Assembly (NCBI GenBank): GCA_965116875.1
Contig: OZ220733.1
Location: 2,848,001 to 2,912,000, forward strand
Direction of reading: 5' to 3'
Length of the DNA: 64,000 nt
Origin: Candidatus Latescibacterota bacterium
GTDB taxonomy: Bacteria > Latescibacterota > UBA2968 > GCA-2709665
Shown here: one piece after another, positions 20,612-31,223 of the stretch
Layout: the number at the start of each line of letters is the position of its first letter
Position numbering within the stretch: position 1 is the first letter of the stretch
Position numbers and translations under genes: made by a program
The notes under the pieces: generated by a model
Told to the model about the DNA's origin: nothing
Databases searched by the model: none
The model's input: only the letters and a program-made list of their open reading frames with translations

Positions 20612-23600
20612 ATGACATTCCGCAATGCCATTCACGAAACGGACCTCACTTCCGGCGTCTGTATCTCGTCGCCTGGTGGCGGGCCGTATCGGGCCGCGTC
20701 GAAGCGTCTTCAATCCGCCCTGAGAGATGCGCTTTCGGATGGTGTGGAAATCCTGCCGGATGCGCGGCTGGATGCTGGCGGGCGCCACGTGATCGCGCTC
20801 GGGAACATGATGGACAGCGATTTTCTGAAGACGCTGTATTTCCGCGCGTACGATTTGACGGACCGGGTCTGGCCGGGTCCCGGCGGGTGGGCGATACGCA
20901 CGGCGCCGCACTCCCTGGACGATGTGGGGCACGTGGTCGTCGTGGGCGTGAGCGGATCGGAGGACGTTTCCGATGCGGCGGATGCTCTCTACGGCGCGAT
21001 CGTCGAGGCGGGCGCCGTGCTTCCATTTCAATACCGCGTGTGCCCGGGGCGGTGGTCGGATCATTATCTCGTGCAAGCGCGGAAACGGCTGGAGGCCGGC
21101 GATGCTGACCTCGAGCGGGAATATACCAGCGGCGCGGGCGACTGGACCTATATGCGGGCGATCGCGGACATCGGGATGCTTGCGGTCCGGACCGGGCAGG
21201 AAGCGTTGATGGAGATGTTCTGCCGGCAGGTCTGTCATTTTGCGCGCACACGGTGGTTTGAGCGCCATCTGCCGGACCCTCCGCAGATCCACGGGTTCTT
21301 GAGGACGATGCTGCTTCCGTTCACGATTCTGGAGAACCATCCATCCATCCCGACAGCCCGGCGGGAAGAGACGCTGGACGCCCTTCTGGCGCTGTATCGA
21401 TCCGGGGAAGGGGCCGGGAACAACGGATTTCTGAGCCACGTCGGCGTAGACCGGGTTCGGCAGAACCACCAGACCCGGACGGCGCTGGATCTGTTTTACG
21501 GGGGACGGTATTTCCACCAGGTGCATGGCCTCGCGGAGGGATTGGCGTGGATGAAGCTGGCGGAGGTCTTCTTTTCGCCGCAGATGACATCCAACAAGCC
21601 CGTGTGCGACTCGTGGGGCCACCAGTGGGCCGCTTCGCTGTTCAATACGGCCGATTATGCGCTGGCGTCGGGGAGTTCGGATTACGTTTCGAGCAAGCCG
21701 TTTCTGGATGGCGTGGACCGGGCGCTGATCGCGCACAGCAACCTGGAAGCAGGACCGCAGCAGTACTTTCTGATGGCCGCAACGGCGACGGGGAACGATG
21801 AATACCTGCACCCTTGTGGTGTGTCCGACGAAGACGCCCTGGCCGGACGAGCCCTGAGCGGGCGGGAAGAGCCGCTTCGATCGTGGGTGACGGGGCGACG
21901 GGCACTGCCGCCGGAAAGGCTGGGAAGTGTGGGCATGGCGCCGCTCTCGCGACTGTTCTACGATTCGTTGGAGGGTTCCAGCGGCTTTGCGCCCGAGGGC
22001 GTGTACCTGCGCGACGTGCCGTTCGAGGAGGCATTCGATAAGGTCTTCTTCCGTTCCGGCTGGTCGGATGACGACGACTATCTGCTGTTGGATGGCATTT
22101 CAGGGGGGTCCCATTCGTATCAGGACGGCAATTGCATTGTGCGTTATACCGCACGGGGACGGAACTGGTTCGGGGATCGCGTGGGACCGGCGTCGGTACG
22201 GGACCACAACGGGGTGAACATCGCCGTGGATGGGGCAGGCCCGGGATGTGAGTCGCGATACGCGAAACTGCGATACCTTGAGGAGGGTGAAGCTTTTTCT
22301 GTGGCGGGCTCGTCGATGCGATATCCCGGTCAGGGCGACTGGGATCGCCATATCGTATACGGCAGGGAGGGGTGGTTTCTTGTGGTCGACGAGATTTGGG
22401 CGCGGGCGGCGGGGGAGTTCCTGGTTGAGGGCCGCTGGCACGTGCTCGGTAAGGTGACGCTGTCCGACGGGGTTCTGCGCTCGGTTCATAGGAATGCGAC
22501 ACTGAATATGCGGCACGTGGGATGCGCGTCGCAGGATCTGATACGGGTGACTTCGGCACTGGAAAAGGGCGGCACGCGATGGATCCAGCGCTCATTGAAG
22601 GCGCTTCATCCGGGCGAAGGGGTGCGGTACGCGACGCTTTTCTGGAGTGACGATCAGGAGCAGGACCGATCGTACGCGCTGGAACCGGAAGAATCGGGGT
22701 TTCTTATCGAGGGGCAGGGCAGAACCGTGACGGTCTCGTTCGCGTCGGACAGCGAGGGCGTGAACCTGGAAGCCGATGCAGTCGTCCTCCCGGCGGCCGG
22801 CCGCATCGTCGAAACAACTGACCCGGGGCCGTTTGTCATCGCGCAGGGCGAGGCGAAGCCGGTGTGGAGCGGCGCATGCGGCGGAAGGGTGGCGTCGGTC
22901 GATGCGTGGGACGGGGGCTGCTTTGCGGGCGACGACAGCGGATGCATCACGGCGTTCGACCGGAACGGCGGGAAACGATGGACCCGTTCAATGTCGGGAG
23001 GCGTACGGACGGTGCTCGCCCTTGCCGACGGCGGAGTGGTTGCCGGTGGGGATGCCGAAGCCATACACCGGCTGGACGCGTCGGGGCATGAGTTGTGGTC
23101 ACATCAACTCGAATGGCAGCCGATGAACTGGGACTACTGGACGTGGCTGAATTGTAAAGTCCTGAGCCTGGCGGCCGGAGATATCGACGGCGACGGAAAC
23201 GACGAAATACTTGCCGGTTGCGCCGACCGCCACGTCTACGCGTTCGACGGCGAGGGCCGTATGCTCTGGCGTTCGGCATGCCAGTGGGGCCCGCCCACCT
23301 GCCTCGCGGTGGCGCGGTTGCGGCAAGGGGACCGGCGTCAGGTGCTGGCGGGGATGGCGGACCCGTCGATTCACGGATGCATCCGGGTGTTCGAGTCTGA
23401 CGGGGCGTGTGAACAAACGCTGTCGCGACCGGACATCATGAGCTGGTCGATTCCGTCGTGGTCGAAGTGCCTTGGCGTGGCCGACGTGGACGGAGACGGA
23501 TGGGACGAGGTGCTCAGCGGGGTGGACACCAACCACCGTCAGTTGATCGTGTACGGAAGGGATGGAAAGGTGTTGTGGGACGCGGACGTCGGAGGCGCGG

Positions 23601-23905
23601 TCGTGTCGGTCAACGCCTGTGAGGGACGGGTGTACGCGGGGGCATCCAACGGATTCGCGCAGTGTTTCGCGGCGGACGGCACACGTCTGTGGAGCCGGTT
23701 TCTGGCCGAACCGGTGGTTGGCCTGGCCCCGCGTGGAGATGGTGGGTCTCTGGCGGCCCTGGAAGGCGGAACCGTCGTCGGCCAGGACGGAACGGGAGAG
23801 ATCACATTCGCGGGGATTGGGGCATCGGAAGCGACCGCGGCGGCATCAAGGGATGCGGGGCTGTACGTGGGACGAAAGGATGGCGCACTGGAATTCTACC
23901 GGTAG
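20612..23905 (+). CDS. Heparinase II/III-like + beta-propeller protein (paralog 2)
   Basis: Collinear with paralog 1. Start moved to ATG 20612 (AAGGA RBS, MTFRNAIHETDL). Confidence 0.75.
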   Translation: MTFRNAIHETDLTSGVCISSPGGGPYRAASKRLQSALRDALSDGVEILPDARLDAGGRHVIALGNMMDSDFLKTLYFRAYDLTDRVWPGPGGWAIRTAPHSLDDVGHVVVVGVSGSEDVSDAADALYGAIVEAGAVLPFQYRVCPGRWSDHYLVQARKRLEAGDADLEREYTSGAGDWTYMRAIADIGMLAVRTGQEALMEMFCRQVCHFARTRWFERHLPDPPQIHGFLRTMLLPFTILENHPSIPTARREETLDALLALYRSGEGAGNNGFLSHVGVDRVRQNHQTRTALDLFYGGRYFHQVHGLAEGLAWMKLAEVFFSPQMTSNKPVCDSWGHQWAASLFNTADYALASGSSDYVSSKPFLDGVDRALIAHSNLEAGPQQYFLMAATATGNDEYLHPCGVSDEDALAGRALSGREEPLRSWVTGRRALPPERLGSVGMAPLSRLFYDSLEGSSGFAPEGVYLRDVPFEEAFDKVFFRSGWSDDDDYLLLDGISGGSHSYQDGNCIVRYTARGRNWFGDRVGPASVRDHNGVNIAVDGAGPGCESRYAKLRYLEEGEAFSVAGSSMRYPGQGDWDRHIVYGREGWFLVVDEIWARAAGEFLVEGRWHVLGKVTLSDGVLRSVHRNATLNMRHVGCASQDLIRVTSALEKGGTRWIQRSLKALHPGEGVRYATLFWSDDQEQDRSYALEPEESGFLIEGQGRTVTVSFASDSEGVNLEADAVVLPAAGRIVETTDPGPFVIAQGEAKPVWSGACGGRVASVDAWDGGCFAGDDSGCITAFDRNGGKRWTRSMSGGVRTVLALADGGVVAGGDAEAIHRLDASGHELWSHQLEWQPMNWDYWTWLNCKVLSLAAGDIDGDGNDEILAGCADRHVYAFDGEGRMLWRSACQWGPPTCLAVARLRQGDRRQVLAGMADPSIHGCIRVFESDGACEQTLSRPDIMSWSIPSWSKCLGVADVDGDGWDEVLSGVDTNHRQLIVYGRDGKVLWDADVGGAVVSVNACEGRVYAGASNGFAQCFAADGTRLWSRFLAEPVVGLAPRGDGGSLAALEGGTVVGQDGTGEITFAGIGASEATAAASRDAGLYVGRKDGALEFYR

Positions 23906-24264
23906 GGGACGAACACGCCTGTTCATCTGATTCATCTCAATTCGAAAAAAGACAACAGTCAATTTACCACAAAAAGCACAAAAGGCACAGAAGGTGACGG
24001 TACGAAAACGGGGTATTGAGGTTGCTCAAACGGAAGAAATGTCCCTTCACGCCCAGTGACGTCAAGTATCCGGGACCCTTGACGTCAATTCGTCTCTGTT
24101 CTTCTGTACATATTCGACATTCAGGTCCACGAATAATTGCGAATCAAGGCTAATCCTGCTTAACCCTGTCAATCCTGGTCGGTTTTGGTCCCGCTCATCC
24201 TGTCCAACCATGTCAGCTTCCGCATTGTGGTTTCAGATGTCATGTGCGGAGAAAGGAATGTGAA

Positions 24265-27200
24265 ATGACATTCCGCAATGCCATTCACGAAACGGACCTC
24301 ACTGCTGGGGTCTGTATTTCGTCGCCCGATGGCGATTTGTATCAGATAGCGGCGAAGCGTCTTCAATCCGCCCTGAAAGATGTGCTTTCCGACAGCGTGG
24401 AGATTCTGCCGGACGCGCGGCTCGACGTCGGCGGGCGCCACGTGATCGCGCTGGGGAACATGATGGACAGCGCGTTTCTGAAGACAATGTACTTCCGCGC
24501 ATACGATCTGACCGATCGGATCTGGCCGGGTCCCGGCGGGTGGGCGGTCCGCACCGCGCCGCACTCCCTCGAGGGCGTGGGGCACGTGATTGTTGTCGGC
24601 GTAAGCCAATCAGATGAAATCAACGAGGCGGCGGAAGCGCTTTCGCGTACGATCGAGGCATCTGGCGCCGCGCTTCCGTTTCAGCACCAGGTGAATCTGG
24701 GGAGATGGGCCGACCATTACCTGAAGCCCGCGCAGGAGCGGCAGGACCAGGGCGACGAGGCTTTGGAAAGAGAATTCACGAGCGGTCCTGGAGACTGGAC
24801 CTACATGTGGGCTATTTCCGAGATCGGGATGCTGGCGGTGCAGACAGGCATGGAGGGACTGATCCCGATGTTCTGCCGGCAGGTCCGCAATTTCGCGCGC
24901 GCGCGGTGGTTCGAACGCCATCTGCCCGACCCGCCGCAGATTCACGGGTTCCTGAGGACCATGCTTCTGCCGTTCACCGTTCTTGAGAATCATCCGGCCC
25001 TACCCGGAGACCAGCGGGAGGAGACGCTCGAGGCGTTTCTGGGGCTGTACCGGTCCAGGGAAGGCGCCGGCAATGCCGGATTCCTGAGTCACGTCGGCGT
25101 GAACCGCGTTCGACAGAACCATCAGACCATGTCCGGGCTGGACCTCTTTTATGGAGGAAGGTATTTCCACCAGGTGCACGGATTGGCGGAGGGGCGTGCC
25201 TGGATGAAGCTGGCGGAGGTATTCTTCGCGCCACAGATGACGTCGAACAAGCCCGTGTGCGATTCGTGGGGGCATCAGTGGGCGTTTTCGCTCTTCAATA
25301 CCGCCGACTACGCGCTGGCCTCAGGCAAGATGGACTATTTTTCCAGCAAACCCTATCTGGAGGGTGTGGACCGGGCGCTGGTCGCGCACAGCAATCTCGA
25401 AGGGGGGCCGCAGCAATATATGTTGATGGCCGCGGCGGTGACGGGAAACGACGAATATCTGCAGCTTTGCGAAGCGACTGACGAGGACGCCCTGGCCGGG
25501 AAGGCGGTTCGGACGAACGTGGAACCGTTCCGGACATGGGTGACGGGACGAGGCTCCGCAACGCCGGAAAGGATGGGCCGTGTGGGCGTGGCTCCGCTCT
25601 CGAGGCTGTTCTACGATTCTCTGGAGGACATCGGGGGATTCGCGCCGGAGGGCGTTTACGTTCGAGATGTGCCATACGAACAGACCTTCGACAAGGTCTA
25701 TTTCCGATCGGGCTGGACGGATGACGACGACTACCTGCTGCTTTGCGGCATCTCGGGCGGCTCCCATTCCTACCAGGACGGAAACTGCATCGTCCGGTAC
25801 ACGGGCCGCGGAAAGAACTGGTTCGGAGGTCGCGTGGGTCCGGCATCGGTCCGGGACCACAACGGGGTGAGCGTCGCGGTTGACGGCGCGGGGCCCGGCT
25901 GTGAGTCCCGGTACGCGGCCCTGCGATACCTCTCCGAGGGAGACCGACTCTCTGCCGCGGGAACGTCGATGGGGTATCCAGGTCAGGCGGACTGGTGTCG
26001 TCATATCGTGAACAGCCGTGCCGGGTGGTTTCTGGTCATCGACGAGGTCCGGGCGAAAGCGGAAGGCGAGTACCTGATCGAGTGTCGCTGGCACGTGTAC
26101 GGGGAGGTGGAGAGTTCCGGCTGTACGCTTCGTGCGGTCCAGGAAGACACAAGACTGGAGATGCGGCATTCGGGAAGCGGCGCCCAGGAACTCGTCCCGG
26201 TGACGTCTGCTCTTGCAGAAGGAGGAACGCGGTGGGTGCAGCGCTCGTTGAAATCCCTCAAACCCGGTAAAGCGGTGAGATTCGCCACCCTGTTCTGGAG
26301 CGACGATGGGAACCGGCCCCGGTCTTTTGCGCTTCGTCCCGGAGCGTCCGGATATCGGGTTGAGGGAGATGGGACAACCGCGACCGTCTCGTTTTCGCCC
26401 GAACGTTCCAATGTAGAGATCAGCGAAGACACGGCAGTGCTCCCCGCGGCGGGCGCCGCCGTGGACGGATCGGATGCGGGATCCTTTGTCATCGACGCAG
26501 GCGTTGCGAAGCCGGCCTGGCGAGGGACGTGCGGCGCTCCCGTCACGGCAATGGACGTGTCGGAGGGGGGCTGCTTCGCGGGCGACGATGAGGGCGGCAT
26601 CACGGCATTCGACCGGAACGGAGAACCGCGCTGGACCCATCGTCTTTCAGGCCGCATCCGAACGGTTCTCGCCCTGGCCGACGGCGGGGTGGCGGCAGGC
26701 GGGGATGCCGAAGCCGTGTGGAGGCTGGACGCGTCGGGACGCGAGGTGTGGGCGAATCAACTGGAGTGGCAGCCGATGAACTGGGACTACTGGACGTGGC
26801 TGAACTGCAAGGTCCTGAGCCTGGCTTCCGGAGACATCAACGGCGATGGAAGAGAAGAGATTCTGACCGGCTGCGCCGACCGTCACGTCTACGCGTTCGA
26901 CGAGAGCGGCGCATTGCTGTGGCGTTCCGCCTGCCAGTGGGGCCCGCCCACGTGTCTGGCGGTAGCACGGTTGCGGGACGGGGAGGGCCGGCATGTGCTC
27001 GCGGGGATGGCCGACCCGTCGATTCACGGCTGCATCCGCGTATTCGATGCGGACGGGGCCTGCGTGCAGACGCTCTCGCGGCCGGACGTCATGAGCTGGT
27101 CCATTCCGTCGTGGGCAAAGTCGCTGTGCGCGGCGGACATAAACGGGGACGGGCTCGACGAGGTGCTCAGCGGCGTGGACACGAACCACAGGCAGCTGAT

Positions 27201-27558
27201 TGTCTACGGCGGAGACGGCGAGGTGTTGTGGGACGCGGATCTGGGCGGCGCGGCGCTGTCCGTAGCGTTCGCTGACGGGCGCGTCTACGCGGGTGTATCG
27301 AACGGTTACGTACAGTCTTTCCAGGCGGATGGTCGCCGGATATGGTACCGTTTTCTGGCGGCGCCGGTGGTCGGTCTTTCGCCGGGGCGTGGTGGAGGGT
27401 GCCATGTGGCGCTGGAAGACGGAAGGGTGGTCGCGTTGGACGATAATGGCGAGATAAGGTCGTCAGGCGTAGGTGCGGCCATCTCCGCTGTGGCGGTGCG
27501 TCCCGACGGCGGGCTGCTGGTGGGTAGGCGGGACGGAAAGATCGATTGCTTCGCATAG
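24265..27558 (+). CDS. Heparinase II/III-like + beta-propeller protein (paralog 3)
   Basis: Same leader and N-terminus as paralog 2 (agaaaggaatgtgaaATGACATTCCGCAATGCC). Same motifs. Confidence 0.75.
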   Translation: MTFRNAIHETDLTAGVCISSPDGDLYQIAAKRLQSALKDVLSDSVEILPDARLDVGGRHVIALGNMMDSAFLKTMYFRAYDLTDRIWPGPGGWAVRTAPHSLEGVGHVIVVGVSQSDEINEAAEALSRTIEASGAALPFQHQVNLGRWADHYLKPAQERQDQGDEALEREFTSGPGDWTYMWAISEIGMLAVQTGMEGLIPMFCRQVRNFARARWFERHLPDPPQIHGFLRTMLLPFTVLENHPALPGDQREETLEAFLGLYRSREGAGNAGFLSHVGVNRVRQNHQTMSGLDLFYGGRYFHQVHGLAEGRAWMKLAEVFFAPQMTSNKPVCDSWGHQWAFSLFNTADYALASGKMDYFSSKPYLEGVDRALVAHSNLEGGPQQYMLMAAAVTGNDEYLQLCEATDEDALAGKAVRTNVEPFRTWVTGRGSATPERMGRVGVAPLSRLFYDSLEDIGGFAPEGVYVRDVPYEQTFDKVYFRSGWTDDDDYLLLCGISGGSHSYQDGNCIVRYTGRGKNWFGGRVGPASVRDHNGVSVAVDGAGPGCESRYAALRYLSEGDRLSAAGTSMGYPGQADWCRHIVNSRAGWFLVIDEVRAKAEGEYLIECRWHVYGEVESSGCTLRAVQEDTRLEMRHSGSGAQELVPVTSALAEGGTRWVQRSLKSLKPGKAVRFATLFWSDDGNRPRSFALRPGASGYRVEGDGTTATVSFSPERSNVEISEDTAVLPAAGAAVDGSDAGSFVIDAGVAKPAWRGTCGAPVTAMDVSEGGCFAGDDEGGITAFDRNGEPRWTHRLSGRIRTVLALADGGVAAGGDAEAVWRLDASGREVWANQLEWQPMNWDYWTWLNCKVLSLASGDINGDGREEILTGCADRHVYAFDESGALLWRSACQWGPPTCLAVARLRDGEGRHVLAGMADPSIHGCIRVFDADGACVQTLSRPDVMSWSIPSWAKSLCAADINGDGLDEVLSGVDTNHRQLIVYGGDGEVLWDADLGGAALSVAFADGRVYAGVSNGYVQSFQADGRRIWYRFLAAPVVGLSPGRGGGCHVALEDGRVVALDDNGEIRSSGVGAAISAVAVRPDGGLLVGRRDGKIDCFA

Positions 27559-27591
27559 CGTGAGGCAGAACTCTCAAGGGGGAACGGCACA

Positions 27592-30500
27592 ATGCATATC
27601 GAACGTCCGCGTCCACTCGAGCCTGAAACGCCTTTGCACACTGCGACCCGCGTTCTGGTGGCTGCGCCCCGGTCCGGGCATGGCCGGACGGCGGCGGAAC
27701 GTATCCACCGTGCGCTGCGGGACCTGACGACCAGCGCCGAACTCCTGGAAGACCCGCCTGGGGACGTGCTGACCGCGGCTGACGGTCCGGTGATCGTCGT
27801 CGGGAACCTGTCGGACAGCCGGTGCGTACGGGAACTCTACTTCCGGTTCCTGTGTGCGACGGACCTGTGGTATCCGGGCCCAGGAGGGTTCGAACTTCGG
27901 ACGCTCTGCAACCCTTTCGGGACCGGCTGCAACATCATCCACGCGGGATACAGCGACGCCGCAGGCTCCGCGGCGGTCACGGAGGCGTTCCATTCACGCC
28001 TGAACGATCCGATTCCACACCTGGCTGTGCTGAACGTCACAAGGCTGCCGATGTCGTCGCACGAGGCGGCTCAGGTCCGCGCAGAGCCGCTCCTTCCAAC
28101 GGCGTGGCAGATCGCGAATACGATGCAGGGTGACCTGAAGGGTTATCTCTACTATCTGACGGGAGACCCCGAACTCGGAGCGGAATACCGCCGTGCGTGG
28201 GAGGCGGTTGTCGAAAGCGGATACGTAAAGTCGGAAAAAATCGTCCAGGCGCACCTGTACAGCCTCAGTCGCCTGCAGCCCTGGCGGCTGGTTGAGCACA
28301 TGGATCTTTTCAACGAGGCGGAACGGCTTGCCATCACCCGGTTCATCTATGGCTGGGCCGAAAGCGAGGAGGGTTGGCATCATGTCGAGCGCTGTCCCCG
28401 GGTGGTGAGCATGCACGTGCCAAGGCAGAACCACGAACTCATTCCAGCCTTGGCGTTGACCTTTGCGGCGACCTATTTCCGGACGCATTTCCCCGAACTG
28501 TCCGGTCCGGATCGATGGGAAAAAGTCGCCCGGCGAGCGTACGCACCGTACGGGCCGTCCTGGAAACCGTTGTGCGACGGACTCTGTCACGGCTGGTGGA
28601 TGTCGCAGCCGGTGATGGTGGAGTATGGGCTCAACGACCCCTCGCACGGGTATTTCGAGCAGGGCGGCGCCAGACAGGCCGCGGACGCCGCGATGGCCGT
28701 GGTGAACAACGAGGGATGGCTCCCGTCGGGCGGAGACAGCGATTTGAACCGGCAGTTTCCCGGGCCGAGCCTGAGGACGGCCGCGGCTTATTATAACGAC
28801 GGTCGATACCGGTTCGTTCACAACCTCGCCCCGCCCGCCCGGAGGCTGGTCAACCTGACCTCGCTCCCGCGTGCGTTCGACGCGGGCGTGACTCCGAGAG
28901 TACCGGACGATCGCACGGGCGTTACCGTTGTGCCTGTCGACCCGCTCCTGTACCACGCGTGGGAACGGGACCCGGGCGGTGCGCCGGGCGTTGTGACCAC
29001 GCCACCGTCCGCTCCGATCGAACGGTGTTTCGACAAGCTGTCGGTGCGTACGGGCTGGGCACCGGAGGACGATTTCCTTCTGATCGACGGTTTGGGCGGC
29101 GGCAGCCATTCCTACGACGACGCGGGCGGCATTCTGGACTACGCCCGGCTGGGTCTCTCGCTGATCGTGCAGGAGGACAGCTTCGTACACTCCGCGCCCG
29201 AGCACATGTCGGCCGTTACGGTCGTGCGGGACGGCGAGTCCGGGGAGATTCCGGGATTCGCGATTCTGGAGGCGAACGAGACGGACGAAGACGGAAACGT
29301 GTACCTGCGGATCCGGTTGAAGGAGTACGCGGGCGCGGACTGGGTGCGCGAGGTCCATCTGCTGCCGGGAAGCTGCGTGGTGTTCAACGATACCGTCATC
29401 GCGAACCTGGCCGGCGACTATGCCGTAGAGGCCCGCTTCCGAACCCCGGCGCGGCTGGGCCTGGACGGTCGCGAGGCGCTGTGCGAGAGGCACAGCCCGT
29501 CCGCCGGGGACGCAGGGTTTCGGATCGAAAGTCTCTGCGATGCGGATTCGCTGGCGGTCGTGGAAGAGCCCGTCCACCTGCGGTACAAGAACGCGGTGGA
29601 TCAGGAACTGTGGAAGGAGCGGTACCATACGAACGACGTCATGCTATCGACACTTGTGGCTCGCCGCGCCTTGCGCCTGGACCCCGGTGAGGGGGTGCGC
29701 CTGACACACGTCGCGCAGGTGTGCGGCCCGGGAGAACCCCCGGTCCACATTCAGGATTCGGGAGACGCGGTCCGCCTTTCGGCAGGCGAAAAGTCACGGC
29801 GCCTTGACATGCTGTCCGTGCGTCCGCCCGTAGCGAGGCGGTTGAACGACGACGGCCGTCCGGGGCAGACGGGCGCAATCCGCGTGTATGACGCCGGCGA
29901 TCGAATCCGCGCAATGCGCCCGCTTGGCGATGGAACGCTGGTTGTGGGATCCGAGGGCGGCGTGGTAACCTTTCTCGATCCGGATGGGCGGCCGGTCTGG
30001 TCCGCGGATCTGGACGGCCCGGTGTACGATATCGGCGCGGCGGAGGGCGACGCCACGGTCCTGGCGGTCGGTCACGGCGCGAGCAGGCTGACCGGACTGG
30101 ATCACGTCGGTCGTCGCATCTGGCAGACGGACATCGAGCGGGAACCCTGTCCGTGGCCATGGTGGGAACTGCCGACGCCGGCCCCTGTACAGGTGGAAGG
30201 CGGAGTGTTTGAGGGCGAGGCCTTCTTTGCCGCGGGCTGCGGCGACATCCAGATCCGGGGGTTCGACGGTGCGGGCCGGGAGCGATGGCGCCAACGTTAC
30301 AACGAGGGGGTGCCCGGCCGCATCCGGGTGGCCGACGTGAACGGGTGCGGTGAACCGGAAATCGTCGTTGGGGGCGAGGTGCTCAGCGATACCTCGAAAT
30401 GCCGCATTCTGGACCCGGACGGGAATTTTCAGGCCCACCTCGACGTGGAGGGGTGGACGAGCATCCTCACCGCGCTGGCGTTCGATGAGACCGGCGGCCG

Positions 30501-30936
30501 GCATCTGCTCGGCTGCGGCGCAAACCGCGGCCGGAACCTGCACGTGTTCGAACTCGATGAGGAAGGGCAATGGCAAAGGCGCTGGTTGAAGAGGCTGGGC
30601 GGGCGCGTCCCGGGCATCCGGATACTGGGGACCGGCCAACGTGTGATCGCGGGTACGAGTCAGGGTTTCCTGCTCTGTTACGACCTGGACGGGAATCGGA
30701 TCTGGCGCCGGCTTTTCGATCAGGGCATCCGTCACCTGGCGCCGCTTGGAGTCGAAACGCTTGTGATCGACGATCAGGGACAGCTTAGCGCGGTTGGCGC
30801 GTCAGGAAGCGTCCGACCGCTTTGCGCGCTGCCGGCGCCCTGTTCGATCGCCGAACCGGACGGCGCGGGCGTGTTCCTGGCGTGCGGCGGCGAAGTGTGG
30901 CGAATTGGACCGCAGGTGGATGTCGGCGTGGATTGA
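27592..30936 (+). CDS. Heparinase II/III-like + beta-propeller protein (divergent paralog 4)
   Basis: YPGPGG, PRQNH, FDKLSVRTGW..DDFLLIDG.GGGSHSYDD, C-terminal propeller repeats. Confidence 0.72.
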   Translation: MHIERPRPLEPETPLHTATRVLVAAPRSGHGRTAAERIHRALRDLTTSAELLEDPPGDVLTAADGPVIVVGNLSDSRCVRELYFRFLCATDLWYPGPGGFELRTLCNPFGTGCNIIHAGYSDAAGSAAVTEAFHSRLNDPIPHLAVLNVTRLPMSSHEAAQVRAEPLLPTAWQIANTMQGDLKGYLYYLTGDPELGAEYRRAWEAVVESGYVKSEKIVQAHLYSLSRLQPWRLVEHMDLFNEAERLAITRFIYGWAESEEGWHHVERCPRVVSMHVPRQNHELIPALALTFAATYFRTHFPELSGPDRWEKVARRAYAPYGPSWKPLCDGLCHGWWMSQPVMVEYGLNDPSHGYFEQGGARQAADAAMAVVNNEGWLPSGGDSDLNRQFPGPSLRTAAAYYNDGRYRFVHNLAPPARRLVNLTSLPRAFDAGVTPRVPDDRTGVTVVPVDPLLYHAWERDPGGAPGVVTTPPSAPIERCFDKLSVRTGWAPEDDFLLIDGLGGGSHSYDDAGGILDYARLGLSLIVQEDSFVHSAPEHMSAVTVVRDGESGEIPGFAILEANETDEDGNVYLRIRLKEYAGADWVREVHLLPGSCVVFNDTVIANLAGDYAVEARFRTPARLGLDGREALCERHSPSAGDAGFRIESLCDADSLAVVEEPVHLRYKNAVDQELWKERYHTNDVMLSTLVARRALRLDPGEGVRLTHVAQVCGPGEPPVHIQDSGDAVRLSAGEKSRRLDMLSVRPPVARRLNDDGRPGQTGAIRVYDAGDRIRAMRPLGDGTLVVGSEGGVVTFLDPDGRPVWSADLDGPVYDIGAAEGDATVLAVGHGASRLTGLDHVGRRIWQTDIEREPCPWPWWELPTPAPVQVEGGVFEGEAFFAAGCGDIQIRGFDGAGRERWRQRYNEGVPGRIRVADVNGCGEPEIVVGGEVLSDTSKCRILDPDGNFQAHLDVEGWTSILTALAFDETGGRHLLGCGANRGRNLHVFELDEEGQWQRRWLKRLGGRVPGIRILGTGQRVIAGTSQGFLLCYDLDGNRIWRRLFDQGIRHLAPLGVETLVIDDQGQLSAVGASGSVRPLCALPAPCSIAEPDGAGVFLACGGEVWRIGPQVDVGVD

Positions 30937-30950
30937 TTATTCGTCGCCGA

Positions 30951-31066
30951 CCTTTCGACAACCCTTCGGCCCTTCGACAATCCTTCGGCAGGCTCAAGAC
31001 AACGGCTCAGGGACCGCAGGCTCAATGACGTTCGTTGAGCTTGTCGAAACGCCGTCATTGAGCTTG
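30951..31066. repeat. Cluster of REP-like CCTTCGACA...GCTCAG elements
   Basis: Several CCTTCGAC/GCTCA units. An 11-bp inverted repeat GCTCAATGACG/CGTCATTGAGC encloses an inverted unit (GTTGAGCTTGTCGAAAC). Confidence 0.7.
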
Positions 31067-31223
31067 AAGAAGTGCGCGTAATTGTGAAATAGACAACTAT
31101 CTCGGGCAGCGGTACCGGTTTACGTCTCCCTCGGCAGTAGACGCAATCGCCAACGAAGTTCCGCAACCTGTTGTATTTCCAGACAAACACGAAAACAGCA
31201 TCCGCAAAAACAGGGAGGAGCCC

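Noticed and set aside
17214-27558. Diversity-generating retroelement behind the paralog variation
   Set aside because: No reverse transcriptase and no template/variable repeat pair. Differences are spread along the genes.
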